This document shows, piece after piece, positions 33,225-44,600 of a stretch of DNA of 64,000 bases (position 1 is the stretch's first letter; the number at the start of each line of letters is the position of its first letter). The position numbers and the translations under genes are program-made. The notes under the pieces were generated by a model. That model did not search any database, had not been told where the DNA came from, and saw only the letters and a list, made by a program, of their open reading frames with translations. The stretch lies in NCBI GenBank assembly GCA_004764695.1, contig SMSO01000032.1, positions 4,868,483 to 4,932,482 on the forward strand, in the 5' to 3' direction. Source of the stretch: Schizochytrium sp. TIO01 (lineage: Eukaryota > Protista > Bigyra: Labyrinthulomycetes).

Positions 33225-34646
33225 CTAGCCACAGCCGCCAAGTGATGGGTCAAAATCTCCATGACGAAAGCCACTTTGGCGAGTACCATAACCCTTCGTT
33301 GTTTGCTTGGAAACTAAGTTCGTAATTTGAAAGTCAAGGCAATCCTCGAAGCACTGAAATTGGTTGTTGTCAGGGTAGTACATAAGGCGTCGAACATCTC
33401 CTGACATCTTAATTCTCACGGGCACACTTGCGCTGTCTTCAGAGCTACGCGTTGGCTCAGGGCGTACGTACATGACAACATCCGTGACTGGCATCGGCTG
33501 GCGCGTTCCATCAGGCATTGATTTCCACGGAATATCATCAATTGATGTTCCATGGGTGAGACAGAGGACAGGTGCTTTGGCGTCGAGATCTTGGCGTGGA
33601 AGCATATACCCAGTGCTGTAGCGTGCGACCCCACTTTCGTTTCCAGGCATAGAGACCAATGTCATGTCAAGAAACCAGTAATCATGACCAAAGAGTCGTA
33701 GGGGCTCTTCCAGTGCGATGAGGAGGATTAAGAGACTATCCATCGTCTGCCAACGACGGATATCCCACGAATGGTCTCGAAAGGTAGCAAAGTCAAACTC
33801 ACGCGAGGGTCCTTGATCAACAGAGATCTTTCCGTGAAGTGACCCAAAGTCTTCGTAGTGGCCATGGTTTTTATTCCGCTTTAAGCAGACTTTGAGGAAC
33901 TGGAGCCCCCAAGGCTCTTGAGAAAGGTTTTTGGCCAAGGTCTCGGGGCAATCATCACGAATGTAGTAAAAAACGGGTGTCTGTCTCTCATAAATTAGAT
34001 CAAGTTCGACCTGCACCAAATCGTCCGTTTTAAGGTTCTTAGCCTGATCGGGTGTGGGGCACCCGCGCCGCATCTTTCCAGAATAGGTGACTCTCCACTT
34101 TTGCATGGGCTCGATACACTCATAATTGACACCAAGCGCGGAAGGAAGTCCCGATGCCTTGGCTTCCTCTGATACAGGCACATTATCCTCTTCCAGAGAG
34201 AGCGGACCCACTCCATCGATATCTAGAAGCATAAACACGTACGATTTTTCTCCACCGGCACCTCTGCGACTAATGCGCGAGATAAGTCTATCCTTGGAGT
34301 TTTTCTCGCACCCACTAAAGTAATACGACTCGTTAAAGAAATCGTGCGCCTCTGGTTTATGGAATGCCTCTAGCTGTTGGAGTGTTGCCTTAGATGTGCT
34401 TTGCCGCTCCCTGAACCTCGCAATCAAGGCCATAATTATCCCAATTGCATTCTTTAGGCGGTTCCCGCCTACTGGGTCGAGCACGTTCCCATACTCATCT
34501 CGTTTTGCCTTGGACTTGCTGAGTAGCCACGACGCCGCTCCAGAGGCCACAAGAGAGATCACCAGTGCCGTCAGTACCACACTCTGCGTGTCTTTTCGGC
34601 CTCTTTGGCCCAGAACTATCTCCATGAGGCCTTCCCTCGAGCCCAT
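33225..34646 (-). CDS. Uncharacterised membrane-anchored protein with an AttH/tocopherol-cyclase-like beta-barrel signature
   Basis: 473-aa ORF with an N-terminal hydrophobic helix. Motifs NESYYF, CIEPMQKWRVTYSG, HYEDFGSLHGKI and RDHSWDIRRW recall AttH/CrtC/cyclase-like proteins and the N-terminal domain of animal 'PEP-synthase-like' proteins. Family call is from memory, not a search. Confidence 0.65.
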   Translation of the reverse strand: MGSREGLMEIVLGQRGRKDTQSVVLTALVISLVASGAASWLLSKSKAKRDEYGNVLDPVGGNRLKNAIGIIMALIARFRERQSTSKATLQQLEAFHKPEAHDFFNESYYFSGCEKNSKDRLISRISRRGAGGEKSYVFMLLDIDGVGPLSLEEDNVPVSEEAKASGLPSALGVNYECIEPMQKWRVTYSGKMRRGCPTPDQAKNLKTDDLVQVELDLIYERQTPVFYYIRDDCPETLAKNLSQEPWGLQFLKVCLKRNKNHGHYEDFGSLHGKISVDQGPSREFDFATFRDHSWDIRRWQTMDSLLILLIALEEPLRLFGHDYWFLDMTLVSMPGNESGVARYSTGYMLPRQDLDAKAPVLCLTHGTSIDDIPWKSMPDGTRQPMPVTDVVMYVRPEPTRSSEDSASVPVRIKMSGDVRRLMYYPDNNQFQCFEDCLDFQITNLVSKQTTKGYGTRQSGFRHGDFDPSLGGCG

Positions 34647-35199
34647 GATCTTTGCCTCTTCTCATTTCCAGTTCTGCCTCCTCATCATCATCTTCAAATC
34701 AACAATGATCGCAATGATCGCAATGAATGCTCTGTAATATTTACTACTAGTCAAGTAATACAGGAATAGCAGCATCATAGAACTAACTATGCCCACAATA
34801 GTAGTTTCCATAATTGGTAAAAGAGCTGCTTTGGAGAGTACGGAAGAGTTAAATGGAAAAAGAGCTGCTTTAAAGTGGACAAAATAGGCATCGTTTTCGA
34901 CGGCCTGCAGGAGCGCGCCTTTTCTCTTTGTCTGTGTCGCTGGTGCGGTCCGCGGTAGTGTCTTGCACTCTCTCAACCGCGGTCTTTGGCCTTTGAATTG
35001 GTCACGAGTGTCGCGAGCGTTGCGGCAACTCTCTCTCACCCCTCTTTCTCCCCTGTGGTTGTCTGGTCTCTGCTTAGGATCAGCGTCTCGGTTTTCCTCA
35101 AATTCGGCCTTTCCTTCTTCCTTGGCGCATTCTGCTTTACCTTTTGTCTCGTTTCGGGCACAACTCCAACGTCACCAGTAGCAAAACCACGGCAGCAAA

Positions 35200-35811
35200 A
35201 TGTCTTGCGGAAAGTCTCGCATGAACCATGTGCTCTGGCACTTCATTGATGGCCGGCAGCAGGTCGTAGGCCGCATGGCCACCAAGATTGTGCCGCTCAT
35301 CATGGGCAAGCACAAGCCTACCTACTCGCCCAACCTCGACCACGGCGACAACGTCGTTGTCGTCAACGCTGAGCACATGCAGTTTTCTGGCCGCAAGATG
35401 GACCAGAAGCTCTACCGCTGGCACACTGGCTACCCCGGTGGTCTCAAGTCCATTACCCCGCGCGAGCTCATTGAGCGCAAGGACCGCCCCGAGGAGCTCC
35501 TCACACGTGCAGTGAGCGGCATGCTGCCCAAGAACAGGCTGCGCAAACAGCGTATGACGCGTCTGCGCATTTACCAGGGTAGTGAGTTCCCGGAGTTTGA
35601 TCAATTTACTGAGGAGCAGCAAGCAATGATTGCTGAGATGCTCGCTAGCGAGCCGGAGCCATACATGGATGCTGGCAAGAAGCGCAAGATGGCAGGCCGA
35701 CCGGAGCCGCTCAGCTTCTACTGGATCGACCACTCTGGAGAGGAGGATGTCGTCCTCGACCACCCGCCTCTGAAGTTCCCGGACGACTTCAAACCCCGCG
35801 TGCCCAAGTAA
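35200..35811 (+). CDS. MRPL13: Ribosomal protein uL13, bacterial type (mitochondrial)
   Basis: WHFIDG.QVVGRMAT, MGKHKPTYSP, DHGDNVVVVNAE, KLYRWHTGYPGGLK and AVSGMLPKNRLR. Head-to-head with the 33225-34646 gene across 553 bp. Confidence 0.92.
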   Translation: MSCGKSRMNHVLWHFIDGRQQVVGRMATKIVPLIMGKHKPTYSPNLDHGDNVVVVNAEHMQFSGRKMDQKLYRWHTGYPGGLKSITPRELIERKDRPEELLTRAVSGMLPKNRLRKQRMTRLRIYQGSEFPEFDQFTEEQQAMIAEMLASEPEPYMDAGKKRKMAGRPEPLSFYWIDHSGEEDVVLDHPPLKFPDDFKPRVPK

Positions 35812-38159
35812 AAAGAAAAAGACGACGTATAAGTAAACCTATTGCTCAAAAACACTTTCCTGCTCTGATTTAGATTCTATTACGCTCTAGCTTTGTGTAT
35901 TTGCTTGATTCTTGGTTGGACGAAGTTTGTTTGCTTGATTGATCCCTTTTCCCTGCGTCCACATGCTTCTGGATATTCGAAATAATACGCCAGCACCAAT
36001 ATGCTTGATTTGGCTCATCCACTGATCTGATACAAACGAAACCTGCATAGAGTTTCAGGGATATTATTTTTTCATGTCTCTTTGATTATTTTTGAACTTG
36101 CTAGTGATAACTGTATTCTAGTTGGGTAGTCAATGATGCAGAAGCCTCTAATGTTTTTCATACTGTTCATTTATATTATATGTGTTGCCAGCTCTAATCT
36201 TTAATCACTTTTCTAGAGCTTGTACAATGTATCGGTAGTGAGACGAAAGTACTCTTGCAAATTAACTCATTAACTTAAGTTATCGCTTCTCCCAAGAATT
36301 ATTATAAAGTAATTGTGAAGAATTGATAGTCACTTCCCACGCATACCAAAATCTTCTTGACCAAACACCGAGTCCTCGTGACCTATCCTCAGCAACGTTA
36401 TGTTTTGGCATTTTCTTCAATAGAAGTCGAACTATGTGGATTGCCCTTTGATGAAAAGTAGCAACGTGCTCTTGGTTCCATATACTACGATTGCTTCTCT
36501 CAACTTCGAAATCTGCCAGGAGCTACGAATCGCTAGCTTTAAAGATCTCTAGATTTGTAAAGAAGCACCATTCCCAAATTTAACCGCGAAACATTGCATA
36601 ACTTCATACGTTTACAATCCAATGAGACCAAACGAGACTGCGTCCAGTTTTGTAAAGTAGATGAAACCAAAGTCTGATATCATCAATAGAATTACAACGT
36701 TCCATTTCAGGTCATATTTTCAAAAGTTACAGACTGCAATTGAAGGATGGTAACTTGGGCATACAGACAGTGAAGAAAGAGGGAAAACGCTGACCTAGAT
36801 ATCGATCACTTCAAAGTTTAGATTTTCCATACACCTCACCCTCAAATATATATACATATATGAGAGTCATCATAGCTAAAATTTTGCAAGCACAAAACAT
36901 CATTTGGGATTTCATCGATCTAGTTGGGACCTGTGTAGCTGGAATACATCTTAGAACTTTTCATTTGTAAAATGCAGGATACTTGTATAAAGCTAAGCTC
37001 CATAAACCTCTCTGGTCAATTTTGCCCAGATGTTGTTTCCCTCGCCCCCGCCCCCCAAAAAATCAACATCAGAGAAGCAGCGAAGCAACGAGCAAAGGGT
37101 GCACGGCTTTGAAAATTTGACCAAAATTTAGCAAGCTAAGATATCATTCTCAGTTTTATCGTGGTGGCAGTGATTGGTGTAACTAGAGAAAGTCCGAAAA
37201 ACTTGTCATACGTGCAATTTAGATTATTTGCAGCTTATATATATATATGTTATTCATGTTTTCTTGAGGTCTGGATGGATCTCTCTATTCCAATTGTGGA
37301 GGTAGGCCGTTATTAAATATTCTCCAAGTTTATCCATATTTTCCACATAACTGGCGCATAGCCTTGCATTCATCCTAATACTAGGTGGTTTTAATGCTAG
37401 TCATCGAATGAATAGCTGCATAGTCCGTGATCTCCATGTAGGCGTTAGTCTAGCATGTTATACCTGAATTGTATACATGTCAGATTTCCTATAACTGTGT
37501 AGGGCAAAAGATAGACCTCGATTGAGTTCGCTGCTAATTGCTAGATACCAATCTTATCACACTAAATGCCGTTAGTGTATTTTGGAAAGCGGCACAAATG
37601 AACATGTGAAAAAGACCCAAATCAATGCTAAATTTAGATCACAATAACATGTATGAAAATCTCTCATTCATTCATTCATTTACTTCCAAAGTCTTGTATT
37701 GTTCCACACACCACACCGGCCAAGACATTGGTGCACATCAAATGAAATGCTGCAGTTCCAGAGAACTTGCTTTACTGCAGCACCCAACAATACTAGACTA
37801 GCATTCGGCAGGTCCAAAAGTCTCAGACGAATTGAGTAGGGCCACTGCCGCGAGTGCAGCAAATCACAGAGTGAGCGAATGTTTAAACAAGGGAAGAGGA
37901 AATAAGCTTGGACTTTTTGGCAAGCAGGCTCGCAGGTTTTGGTACATAATTTATTCTTAAAGTTGCTGCTGAAGAACAGTAGAAACTTATAGTTTTCTTT
38001 CAATGTTGCCTCAAACTGTGTACTGCAATTGGCAAATTGTTTGGACGCTTTGCATGCCGAGTATGTACGCTGCAATGGCCGCGAATTCATAGTTCCAGAG
38101 TGAAGTCGCGTCACTGATCTTCCCGGTTCGATCTTCAAGTTGGTGATCGATCCATTTGC

Positions 38160-39712
38160 GATCATGTGGATGCAAATGTTGTTTGGAGCCCTGGTGCAGA
38201 AAATCCTTGACTTATGCGAATTAAAAGGGAAAACATCGGCTACAACGCCCCAACTCGTTTGATGAGAAAGAAAAGAAAGCTGTACATGGAGCTCATGATT
38301 GTCTGAGAGAACAATTTGTCAGCCTGCAAATGCGAATACCAGCTATAATAGCGCTTACACAAGGCTTTCTTGGCTTTGATAAACTAAAAAAAAAAAGTCG
38401 GCTGCGACTTTGAAAGTCACAGCTCCAACTTGGACTTGTTTTTTAAATTACTAAAAGAGAAGAGCAGGAGTCAGTCCACAGAATTGATCATTGTCCGAGT
38501 AAACAATTTGTCAACCTGCAGATACAAACACTAGCTATTGCAGCACTGGTGCAGGAGGAATTTCTTGGATTTGATGAACTAAAAGAAAAAAGTCGGCCGC
38601 GACTTTCGCAACTCCCATTTCTTTTTAAAGGGAACTGTCTATCCTCATTTAAACAATCAATGTCTCAGCCTGCGGATGCGGGCATTAACTATAACAATAC
38701 CAGCATTGGCGCAGGGATTTCTTGGATTTGATGAACTAAAAGAAAAAAGTCGGCCGCGACTTTGCAACTCCCACTCATTTCCTTAGATTAGAAGACGACA
38801 AGTTGGTCTTCAGTTGAATAGTCAATGTCTTAGCCTGCGGATGCAAACATTAGCTACTGCAGGCACTTCTCGGTTTTGATGAACTAAACGAAAAAAGTCG
38901 GCTGCGACTTTGAAAGTCACTGCTCCAACTTGAGTTTGTTGTTTATCACAATAAATTTAAAATAAAGTAAATCAAATCAAATGTGTAGCTGGAGCTTTTT
39001 AACATCTCAGCGAAAGATCAAGGTCTCAGCCCGTGGATCCAAAACATTAGCTACTGCAGGCACTTCTCGGTTTTGATAAACTAAACGAAAAAGTCGGCTG
39101 CGACTTTGAAAGTCACTGCTCCAACTTGAGCTTGTCTTCTACAAAAAAATAAATAAAAAAATAAATAAAATAAAAATAATAACAAATTAAATAAAAACAA
39201 ACACTAAAATCAGATCAAATCTGTAGATGCAGCTTTTCATCGTCTCAGCGAGCGATCAATTTCTCAGCCTGCCGATACAAACACCGACTACTGCATCCCT
39301 GGCTCACGGCTCTCTTGTCCTCAATCAACTAAAAGAAAAAAGTCGGCCGCGACTTTTGCAGCTGCCATTTGATTTTCTCTCTTTTAAAAATAAAAAGAGA
39401 AAGAAAGATCCCTCTGTCTGTAGTCGCTGGAGATCGCTTGACCAAGAATCGGTGTCTCAGTTTGCGGATGCAAAGATTCCCTCCTTCGCTGCCTGCCCAA
39501 ACTTCCCTGCTTCTGTCAGCCCAGAGAACAAAGTCGGCTGCGGCGTTTGCGCCTCCAGCTTGCTCGAAGAAACGTCGCCTTTAGCACGGGTCGGCCGCAG
39601 AACTGGCGCCAACGATCGATCATCGTGCAAAGAAAGCGCCGTTGCAATACTCGGCGGATCTCCTTTGGAAACTAAAAGGAAAAAGTCGGCTGCGACTTTC
39701 GCAACTCCCACT
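38160..39712. repeat. Diverged tandem array (~9 units, 148-249 bp spacing) with conserved palindrome AAAGTCG-GCYG-CGACTTT
   Basis: Perfect palindromes start at 38394, 38589, 38746, 38894, 39090, 39339 and 39682. Degenerate ones are at ~38231 and 39530. Shared upstream blocks are TCAGCCTGCRGATRCAAAC and TTGATRAACTAAA. Confidence 0.92.
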
Positions 39713-40017
39713 TGTTTTATGCAAAGAAGGAGGGAGGGCCTGGAGCTAGCTGCAAGAAGGGTCGTTCTTTTGCTGCGCTGACGTGCCCTCTTCGCTCTCT
39801 GAATGGTATCGTCGGCTCAGCTCAGCTCAGCGTTGGGCCACGCTCGACTGACTGCCCGGGATCGAAGTTGACGAGCCCCAGGTCGACTGCGGTTGGCGAC
39901 GATTGATTGACTCATGGTTCGTTTGTTTCGAATAGTTTGTTTGGAGTTGTTTGATTGATTGGTTGTTTAATTGTTCCGGATAGTGCTTTTTTGTTTCGAA
40001 TAGTTTGTTTCTAAGTG

Positions 40018-40018
<1 letters not shown>

Positions 40019-40078
<60 letters not shown>

Positions 40079-40142
40079 AATCGTTTTTTTGTAATCGTTT
40101 TTTTGTAATCGTTTTTTTGGAATCGTTTTTTTGTAATCGTTT
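40019..40142. repeat. (GATT)n followed by a 14-bp tandem repeat GTAATCGTTTTTTT x5
   Basis: The 14-bp units start at 40077, 40091, 40105, 40119 and 40133. Confidence 0.9.
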
Positions 40143-41579
40143 GTTTGTTTATTTGTTTGTTTGTTTATTTGTTTGTTTTTGTATTTGTTTTTTGTATTCG
40201 TTTTTTGTATTCGTTTTTCATATTTGTTTGCTTTTGTGCGTTTGTTCGTTTGAGGGATTGTTTGTCTGCACTCGCTGCATACGCGTCTCCGCTTTTTCCT
40301 GCGTTTGAAGCTCTTCTTCAGAGTACGCGTTTCGTTCCCCTCGCTCAAAGCGCCGGTCGCTCCACCGATTCGATTGTGTGCGTGTCTCTCCGTTTGCCAA
40401 GATCAACTTTGATTTCCTCTTGGAAGCCCTTTCGAAGTGCGCTCCTACGCCTTTCTCCTACGAGTGCTAACGCCCCAAATCACGAGTGATCAGAAGATAC
40501 GCTTCCCAAAGGTATCCTGGACCGGCGCCGGGATCCAACAGAAACGAAGAAGCCTCGCTTTGCCTTCCTCGCGACGACTGCGCCGCTGCGCCTGAGCTCG
40601 CGCCGCGCCTAGGCCAAGCAGGCATGCCGGCAGGCACGCTGGCTGGCTGGCAGGCAGGCAGGCACGCTGGCAGGTAGGCAAGCGAGCAGCTGGTCTGGCG
40701 AAGATGACCGACCGGTCGAACCGGGACACGCATGGTGGCCTCCGCCTCCACTGCGAGCGAGGCGTGCGTGCGTGCGTGCGTTTCCATGCTCCGCGGCGCT
40801 TGGCTGCTCTTCCCTGCCCTGCCCTGCTCTGCTCTGCTCTGCGCCGCTCTGGCCTGCGGGCGTCGCGGAGTGCTGGTGCTGGCTTGGCTTGGCTCAGCAG
40901 CGATGACGATGCGCAACAACGAGTTGGTTCTCTTGCGCCGGCGGGTCTCAGCCGGCGCCTGCCGAAGTTTCGCGGGCCGATGGTCGTCTCTTCGAGGAGC
41001 TGCTCTCGAGCTTGAGCCTGAGCTCGAGCTCGAGCTTGGCGCAGACATGGCCCCGCACAGACACAGGCACAGGCACAGGTGCACGCATGCTCATATCCGA
41101 GCAGAGCGGCTCATTTGCAGCAGCAGTAGCAGCAGCAGCAGCAGCTGAGGTGCACGAGGTCCAGAGCAGGGCTTCGCGCCAGATCTCTGGAGTTCACATC
41201 GTCAAATCCAAGAACCCTGCGAGGTCCTTTCCACCACGGGCACCCACAAAGGCTGTGCTCGGCACCTTCGTTGACGCGCGAGCTCCTCTCCGCCTTCCTC
41301 CAGAGGTCGCAGCTTCCACTCCACCCTCCTTAGACTCGCTCTGCGATGGTCTCAGACGTTCGTTCCTTCACTCACTCACTCACTCACGCACGCACTCTGA
41401 GTCGCTCGTGCGATCTGAGCAAATAAATGGACCCTGAGCCGCTCAGAAGTTCCTCCTCTCCCGTTGAAAAGGCAGAAAAGAAGTGCGTTAAATAGTCAAA
41501 CAATCTCCAACTTTGTGACTTTCGTTTAGCAAAGGAAATGCGATGAATTCTTGAACAGAGACAAAAGATAGATAGAAAT

Positions 41580-41617
<38 letters not shown>

Positions 41618-44600
41618 CAATGTACTGAAAGGCTTCTTCGAAAAGAAGACTCGCTGCTTGATGAGCATCGAGGCAGTCTGGATCCGCCTGTGTAGCGGCG
41701 ACTGGGCAGCTTGCTTGATTCCTTTTCGCGCCGGCCGTGACAGCGATAGGGCTTTCTTTTCATGGAGCAGTTTCCTCAAAGTTTGGGAGGGTGAGTGAGA
41801 CCTCGAGACTTTGACATCGTTTTCTCGCTTCCTTTCGAGTTTTTGACAATGACTGTAAAAAGCTAAGTTATCATCTATGATAGCGTGAACGGTGTCGCTG
41901 TCGCGAAATCACTATAAAGAATATAGTAAAAACACTTCGATGGGAATACTGTCGAACGAAAATTTGGAAAAGGGAAGACATGCAATATAAATTAAAAAAA
42001 GAAAAGAAAAGAAAAGAAGAAATCGTAGAACAAGAAGAAGGAGAAAAAAAAAGAAAAACTAAAGAAAAGCTTCGTTTTATTTGTTTTTAACAAATAAAAC
42101 AACATTAAAATAAATAAAACAACATTAAAGAAAGAACTGGAAGCACTCGCTGCCTGTCACAGGCAATAAAGAAGACGTTTTTCAGTTTATCCTTTTTCTT
42201 TCTCAGCTTAACAAAAAAGGATATCTTGAAAAGAATAGAAAGATGTTTGCACATTTTCACGTACTATATATTTTATTAAAAAGACATTTTATACTAAAAA
42301 GCGCCTTCTGAACGAAGACGGGTTCACGACTTGTCGTATCCGCGAGAAGGAGGCACGGCACGAGAAAAGAGGATTCGAAAAGCAGCGATGACGGGTCGTG
42401 TGCTGGAAAACAACAGTTCAGGCGCGGGAAAACGAAAAGCTGAGATATTCTTCAGAAGAGCCGCAACCTACTCACTACGCAGAAACCGCAGACGGCCATG
42501 ATTCATGAGCATTATCAAGGACCCAAGTTCCTGCGTATCTTTGGCCTGCCTCCTACAGCTCCAACACTAAACGTATGAAATTTTTTCAAGTTCTTCTCAC
42601 TCAGAAGGTCGTTGTTGCTGTTACTATTATTAATATTTAATGATTAAAGTACTCGCCGACTCGGAGAGAGACTTTCTGAAGGCACCGGAGGTTCTAAGAA
42701 TTATGTGCGCATTTGGCCATCGCTGCGTGTTTCTTTATAAGGTACGTCTCAAAGTTTGCGAATTCGGAGCGGGTTTTGAAAGTCGAAGAGGACAGATACT
42801 GACTGCAAAGTATCAGTTACGGGATCGAAGTCGGTGCTTTTCTTTGAAACTTAAAAGTTGCTCAGCAAGGGAAGGTTTTGTTTGCTCCATTCGAGTCACG
42901 AAGATGCTGGTGCGTCGAACTCGCTTTTCAAGATAACTAAAATAAAGTAATTGTTTAAGGCTATTGCTGTTTCTTCGGGTTCGTTTATATTTCTGAAATC
43001 TTTGGAATGTCCTTGGGATGCAACTTATTCCTGTTTTGTATACAGCCTTGAAATTCCAGGTGCTTGCGCGGGCCATTTCGAAAGCATCTTACCTCCTAAA
43101 CCTTGAGACATCTTGCAGACATTACTTTTCTTTGAGACGCCCCGTCTGTGTATACTTTCGAGGAGCAACTTTGCTTGATTATTGGAATCCCTCTCGATAA
43201 TACTCGTGTGTTTTCGCGCCCCGAGATGGACACTTTATTCATCAGTTGCTATTATTTCTGAACGCAAACCGCTGTTTCTCAGTGCTGGCAAATGATGTAA
43301 TCATTCTGTCAGCCAAAAACCTTGACTGGCACTTATCTGCTGCAATGATCTCAGTTCCCGTTTCTTTATTTCTTTCTAGCAGATAATGTCAGTTCAAATT
43401 AGCAGCAGTGCCTAGTCCCTCTGGAGTTAGGACTCACAGTTCCAATCTTGGAGTTCTTCAAGTCCAAATAAATGCTGAAGTATTGGCACAGGTCAAGGTT
43501 TATATCTGCGTTTACTGTACAACTACAAGCTCGCGCCGTGTCCAGATTCTCGAGGGCGTGCTTGCTCTGGCCACAGGAGGGGTTGAATTAGCCACGCACG
43601 CACAGGCGAGCTTGAGGGCGATAAGGCCTATTCAAGCAAATAAAAAAACAAACGTCACATGCATGAGAAGGTGACAAGAAATTCTCAGCCCTCGAGATAG
43701 AACAGTTCGGCGGAGTAAACTTTGGGCTGCTTTTGGAGACCCTTTTTATACCAAAAGTAGAGAACCATATGGTTGTTGTTAGTAGCTAGGTCGCTCGAGG
43801 TGTTTGTTTTCTTTTGTTTTTGTTTTGGCAGGGCCTTCTATTTCGTTATAACATACATAGATACATACATAGATACATACATACATGCATACATACATCG
43901 CACGCACAACAGAGAACACGTGTTCCAATCGGGCTGAATTTCATAAAAAGTCAGAAAGAAAAAAGAAAATGATGAATACATTATATACTTCAAGACTGTA
44001 CCTATATCTGATCCGCATTTGTTACATGATAGGGTGTCTAAATCATACTTGGGGAGTGCCAGCCTAAGCGTTTTTGAAGGCTGACAAGTGCACGCCTTCC
44101 CACGTACATCTATCTATGCAGCCCAATACCAATCAATTATAGCTTAATTATATATATATATTTAAAAATATATAAAAAGTATAAAAACATAACATCATGC
44201 TGTTCTTCAAGGTTCCTATTTTTTATTTTATTTTTTTAAAATTCTAATTAAAACTTTTAATTAAGGTTTAAAAAATAAAGAAGGAAAATAAAGAAAACAT
44301 AGAATGAAAGAAACAAGGATACTTAGTACACGTACGGAAGTGAATTTTTGGTTTTGTTACTATCTATGTACTACCTCGTTGTGTTCCTTTTCTGGCAACA
44401 ATGGAACGAAGAAAAAAGATGGATAGTGTACTACTATGGATAATAGGGGAGAACCTCTGAGGGTCTGGAAAAAAGATGTTGCGTACGCCACTGCGACGGG
44501 GAACTTACTTGCGCTGGCAACAACAGTGGTCGCAGGTATGTGCGGTACTTACGTACAGAGCGCTCCAAGTAGTTTCTGGCTCCTCTGTCTCGAAGTATGC

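Noticed and set aside
38570-39110. Hammerhead ribozyme or retrozyme reading of TTGAT(G/A)A-ACTAAAC-GAAA-stem
   Set aside because: It resembles the CUGAUGA...GAAA core, but stem II cannot form, stem I pairing is absent, and the cleavage position is often G. A cmscan run or a cleavage assay would settle it.
38160-39712. CRISPR array interpretation
   Set aside because: The period (148-249 bp) is too long and irregular, the variable segments are partly homologous to each other (for example after 38894 and 39090), the context is eukaryotic, and no cas genes are present.
39227-39781. 184-aa ORF across the array (also 38549..38731)
   Set aside because: The same palindrome is translated in three different frames within the ORF (KSRPRL, KVGCG, KKSAATF), so conservation is at the nucleotide level.
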